Part shown: positions 60,161 through 64,000 of the stretch, in pieces
How positions within the stretch are numbered: position 1 is the stretch's first letter
How the letters are laid out: each line of letters opens with the position of its first letter
Virus record (IMG/VR): IMGVR_UViG_3300017499_000044
Span: 1 to 64,000 of that record
DNA length: 64,000 nucleotides
Source of the DNA: a virus
Lineage: Duplodnaviria > Caudoviricetes
Direction: 5' to 3' (one strand)
The notes under the pieces: model-generated
What the model was told of the DNA's origin: nothing
The model's input: only the letters and a program-made list of their open reading frames with translations
The model's database searches: none
Translations under genes and position numbers: made by a program

Positions 60161-61759
60161 TCATTTAGAGATGTTATTAAATTTAAAGTATATGGTGATA
60201 TTTTGTACGCACTCACCATTAATGCGTTGTCTGTCTCCGATAACTATTTTATCAATCAGGGTATTTAAAACAATTCTATCAAGAGAACGAATGTCTCCGA
60301 GCTCTTTTACCTTGTCGATGAATGCGGACTTAGACGCTTCGGCGGACTGCTTAGCTTGTTCCTTTCTTAACAAATCGTTCAGCTTTGACTCGAGTTCGGA
60401 CAACTTCTCTTCGTCCCCTTTTGTCAGCTGTCTGAAACGCTCCAGCGTAATTATACCATCAAGCCTATCCTGATACATCTGCTCATATCTCAGGTTGACC
60501 TTTTCTATCTGACTTCGCGTCTTCTCGATAGATTCTCTTATGTCGTCTTCCTGATTCTCCGCGAGGTATAACTCTTCCGCAATCTTAGCGTCAAGCTCGC
60601 TGTCTTTGACGGCTTTGATTACTTTCTGAATCTTATTCAGCGTCGCGTCGTAAATGTCTCTGTATAATACGTAATGCGGCGAACACATATCCTTACCCTT
60701 TTTCTTATACGTTTCGCACATATAATACGGCGCATGGTTTCTTTTGGCTGAAAACCCCAGCACCTTGCCGCATTTGTCGCATCGAATAAGTCCCGCGAAG
60801 ATATTATCGAATCCGCTGACCGTATCTCTTTTTCTCTCATTTATTCTTGAATGAGCGTCATCCCACAAAGACTGAGTAATTATCGGCGGGAACATATCTT
60901 CCACGATTATCCAATCCTGCTTTGCTTTCTTGATTACCTTCTTATTCTTAAAAGACAAGGTTGAGCGTTTCCCGCTCACAAGCATACCAAGATATGTCTC
61001 GTTGTTGACAATAGCCCTCACCGATCCCAGATTCCAATCGTATGGGTTTTTATTGCATTCTTTATGGATGCTTCTTGCGTGATATGCAGACGGGGTCAAT
61101 ATCTTTTCTGCGCTGAATAGTTTTGCAACCTTCGTAAATCCGTACCCGTGATAAGCTATCAGCTCGAATATCCTTCTGACAATTGGAGCGGCATCCTCAT
61201 CGACAACAAGGACGTGCTTGTCTCTGTCACTCTTCTTGTAACCGAACGGAGCCTGTGATCCTATAAATTCCCCTCTTGACGCTTTGGCTTTAAACGCCTG
61301 TCTGACTTTCTTTGAGGTGTCGGCGGGATAAAATTGATTGAACAGATTCCTCATTGGAACGATGAAATCTAAATCCTGCATTTTATACTTGCTGTCATAA
61401 TCGTCGCCGATAGCCACGAATCGTATATTCCTCTCCGGGAAATACTTCTCAAGATAGCTGTCGGTTTCTATATGCTCTCTTCCGAGCCTCGATAAGTCCT
61501 TTACGATTACCATATTGAACCGTTTGTTTTCGCAGTCTCTAAGCAGCTCCTGAAATCCCGGTCGATTATAATTCGTACCCGTGTAACCATCGTCAACGTA
61601 GGTTTTATAGACAGTGATTCCGTTAGATTTGCAGTAATCTTCAAGAATCTTTTTCTGTGTTTCGATGGATACGCTCGTCCCTACCTGTAAATCCTCCGAG
61701 CTTAAGCGAGCATACAAAGCCGCGATATAAGTTTTCCGTATTTGCCCTATGTGATTCAT
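60161..61759 (-). CDS. Large serine recombinase (resolvase, recombinase, Zn ribbon and coiled-coil domains)
   Basis: YARLSSED (catalytic Ser), DDGYTG...RPGF, VKDLSRLGR, APFGY, CDKCG; RBS AAGGAAGG before ATG 61759. Confidence 0.93.
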   Translation of the reverse strand: MNHIGQIRKTYIAALYARLSSEDLQVGTSVSIETQKKILEDYCKSNGITVYKTYVDDGYTGTNYNRPGFQELLRDCENKRFNMVIVKDLSRLGREHIETDSYLEKYFPERNIRFVAIGDDYDSKYKMQDLDFIVPMRNLFNQFYPADTSKKVRQAFKAKASRGEFIGSQAPFGYKKSDRDKHVLVVDEDAAPIVRRIFELIAYHGYGFTKVAKLFSAEKILTPSAYHARSIHKECNKNPYDWNLGSVRAIVNNETYLGMLVSGKRSTLSFKNKKVIKKAKQDWIIVEDMFPPIITQSLWDDAHSRINERKRDTVSGFDNIFAGLIRCDKCGKVLGFSAKRNHAPYYMCETYKKKGKDMCSPHYVLYRDIYDATLNKIQKVIKAVKDSELDAKIAEELYLAENQEDDIRESIEKTRSQIEKVNLRYEQMYQDRLDGIITLERFRQLTKGDEEKLSELESKLNDLLRKEQAKQSAEASKSAFIDKVKELGDIRSLDRIVLNTLIDKIVIGDRQRINGECVQNITIYFKFNNISK

Positions 61760-61775
61760 ACCTTCCTTTCCGAAC

Positions 61776-61850
61776 AAAACGGTTGACACCTTATAGCTAT
61801 ATTTTAACATAAGAGCGGCAGGAAGTCAACCGTTTTTTTTTTTTTTTTTT
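61776..61850 (-). promoter_or_regulatory. Recombinase promoter inside a 12-bp inverted repeat, next to an 18-nt homopolymer; candidate attP or operator
   Basis: AAAACGGTTGAC (61776-61787) / GTCAACCGTTTT (61825-61836); minus strand TTGACT-17 bp-TAAAAT; T18 at 61833-61850. Confidence 0.6.
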
Positions 61851-61887
61851 ACAAAGTATATATTTACAGGTGCCGCATTACCGCAGG

Positions 61888-62022
61888 CTATCTCTCAATT
61901 TCCCGCTTTCTCCCCTTCCCTATTTTAAATTTTGCTTTAATATACTCTGCATAGACTTCTGTAAAATTCATCTCTCCGAACCTTGTGTTACATATTACTC
62001 TGATCTTATTTTCATTCTTCAT
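61888..62022 (-). CDS. 44-aa basic protein upstream of the recombinase (not in the ORF track), candidate recombination directionality factor
   Basis: MKNENKIRVICNTRFGEMNFTEVYAEYIKAKFKIGKGRKREIER; starts 4 nt after the dUTPase stop. Confidence 0.5.
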   Translation of the reverse strand: MKNENKIRVICNTRFGEMNFTEVYAEYIKAKFKIGKGRKREIER

Positions 62023-62025
62023 ATG

Positions 62026-62529
62026 TCACACCCTGCCCGTGCTCCCGAATCCGCCTCTGTCGTTATCCTTCAGACGTTCAACTTCCTCAAAAGTTACCGG
62101 AGGCTGCTTCATCATTATTCTGAATTGACATATCCTGTCGTTCTTATGTATAACCGTATCCCTCAGCGCATACGCCGGGAAGAACCACTGGTCGTTATCG
62201 CCGCAGTATGATTCGTCAATGACACCCATATGATTTGTTTGGATAATACCGTAATTTTTATATGTGCTGCCCCGTGGCACGACATGAGCTTCATATCCCG
62301 GCGGCAGTATCATCCCTACGCCCAACGGGATAAGAACACTATCGCCTTTATTTAGGTGTATTGTTTCAGCAGCTCTAAGGTCTATCCAGTCTCCGTTATC
62401 AAGCTTTGCTATCTTATCAATCTCCTTGTCGAAGTATTTAATATGTATTCTCGGCTTTGGATATTCAATACTGTTCGGTGTTGTAGTAAGCGCGTAGTCG
62501 CCCAACGTATAACTCTCGTTTATTCCCAT
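62026..62529 (-). CDS. dut: Trimeric dUTPase
   Basis: [31 protein letters not shown]; own RBS AAAGGAAAGTG before ATG 62529. Confidence 0.92.
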   Translation of the reverse strand: MGINESYTLGDYALTTTPNSIEYPKPRIHIKYFDKEIDKIAKLDNGDWIDLRAAETIHLNKGDSVLIPLGVGMILPPGYEAHVVPRGSTYKNYGIIQTNHMGVIDESYCGDNDQWFFPAYALRDTVIHKNDRICQFRIMMKQPPVTFEEVERLKDNDRGGFGSTGRV

Positions 62530-62560
62530 CTTTATCACTTTCCTTTCTTTGTTACAAATG

Positions 62561-63933
62561 TCAAAGCAGCTCGCATCCTTGCTCGTGAAACATCGTTGCC
62601 TTGCTCCAATATTCCCGCCTCGATATGCCCCGGCGCACCTGCCGCATAGCGGCTTCCTGTCGTCTTTTACGCCCTCGAATCGCCCGAAGGTTTTTAAAAA
62701 CATCCCCACCTCTGCGCTTGTACATCTTTTGCCACATCCGCCGCAGGTATTATTGAAAAACTTTCGCGCCATCTCAATTGATAAACCGCGCTCTTTTGCA
62801 TATTCCTTTACATTCTCTTCTGTGTATTCCGATAATATTTCATTGTCTGCCGATGTTGGATTTTTCCAATAGAAATTTTTATATTCCTCTTTTGTTCTTC
62901 TCAGTCCCCATCCTTGTATATCATACGCCTTATCAAGAATTTTGCTAAACGACAGCCATTGAATAGGGTAGTATTCTCTGTTTAAAACGTCCTCATATGA
63001 ATTTGAATATGGACAGAACAGGCAGCCAACTCGCGAATGACCAAATTTGTAACGCTCATCTATATACCAATCTTTAAGCAATATCAACAGCCATATATCA
63101 ACCGTTTCCCAATCAATTATCGGACAGAGAGTTACCCATTTCGCAGGGATGGACGATTTTCCGCGATGGCTTATATTCCAGTCATGATTCATATAAAACT
63201 CGTACTCAGCGCGTTTTGTGCTTTCTTTATTTCGCATTCCCATCACCTGTATCAACGGAGCGGACGTGTCAAAATATTTCTTTGCCTGCCCTTCCTTGTA
63301 AGTGCCGCAGCAACTTCTCCGAAATACAGTCGGCAAACTGTAATTATTTCGCCGTATCCATTGCCGCCAACCCTCTTCTGGATTGAATATGCGTATTTCG
63401 GGATGTGATTTAATATACTTGTACACGGACGGCGCTTCGTTTGTCGTGTTGAGAAATACGTACTCATATTTCGGTTTTAAACCCGTCCTTGACAGCATAT
63501 CCTTCCACATTTGAAAAATCACCTCGCTGTCTTTGCCGCCCGACACCGATACGGTGTACGGCACATCTATATGATTTTTCACAAAATCTATCAGCCGTTC
63601 AAGGTCTTTTTCATATGCGTTTAATATTCGCTCCTGTTCTTTTGCAATAATCTCACGCATAGAAAGAAAGTTTATATTTTTAAATTTGTCTCGATTATCT
63701 TGAACTAATTCAAATTTCAATGTTGCGGGATTTACCCTGAACTTCAGAATGTAGTTCCTGTGGTATATGTCTCCCCATATGTATTTTGTGCTGCCGCCTG
63801 TTATCCAACAATCATCGGGAAGCGTTAATCTCAAATGCTGTTCGATAAATTCCTTCTCTTCCACAAAAATCGGCTTCGCCTTTCTGCACGATGGATTAAT
63901 AACAGGCTTACCATTCTTTGGCTTCCGTCCCAT
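62561..63933 (-). CDS. PAPS-reductase-family (PP-loop, Fe-S) protein with C-terminal Zn finger; frameshift near 62630 makes it read into dUTPase
   Basis: [31 protein letters not shown]; alternative frame ends [22 protein letters not shown] at 62561. Confidence 0.8.
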
Positions 63934-64000
63934 TTCATTCTTCCTTCCATTTTCTGTTTCTTGACACAAAAATATACTTGCTGTGCAGGTACCCGCAATA

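Larger units (their letters stand above)
1..64000. mobile_element. SPbeta-like large siphophage/prophage (partial genome)
   Basis: YonO-like RNAP, HU, TerL, portal, protease, MCP, tail, lysis and serine recombinase gene order; no host housekeeping genes seen. Confidence 0.92.

Noticed and set aside
61776-61836. Invertible promoter switch
   Set aside because: The geometry would allow an ON/OFF flip, but 37 bp between arms is very short for synapsis; kept only as an attP/operator candidate

Overview
The window is a contiguous part of a large SPbeta-like siphophage or prophage. Sigma-A promoters and strong GGAGG RBSs point to a Firmicutes host, probably Clostridia (inference). Left to right: an HTH regulator on the minus strand; a regulatory module (short tyrosine recombinase, helicase-like P-loop protein, YonO-like single-subunit RNA polymerase, Zn-ribbon protein); an HU-like gene; the packaging and head genes; neck and tail genes; a 4472-aa tape measure carrying CHAP and lysozyme-like domains; baseplate and fibre genes; a lysis cassette interrupted by AT-rich morons; then a minus-strand block with tRNA-Asn, a large serine recombinase, dUTPase and a PAPS-reductase-family gene. 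Two group I introns not shown by the ORF track explain the split genes. One (6158-7186, intact NUMOD4-HNH) cuts the RNA polymerase inside its catalytic D-F-D-G-D motif. The other (17255-18315, HNH inactivated by a nonsense codon) splits the major capsid gene. Best candidates for undescribed biology: (i) a splicing-dependent late-transcription circuit, with a 30-bp motif duplicated in front of two late gene blocks and two palindromic recombinase-type sites bracketing the polymerase module; (ii) a two-gene moron encoding a small protein plus an RxxxxH (HEPN-like), membrane-anchored protein; (iii) three fibre proteins whose matching N- and C-terminal motifs suggest head-to-tail polymerisation. 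All family assignments come from motif recognition by eye; no database searches were run.
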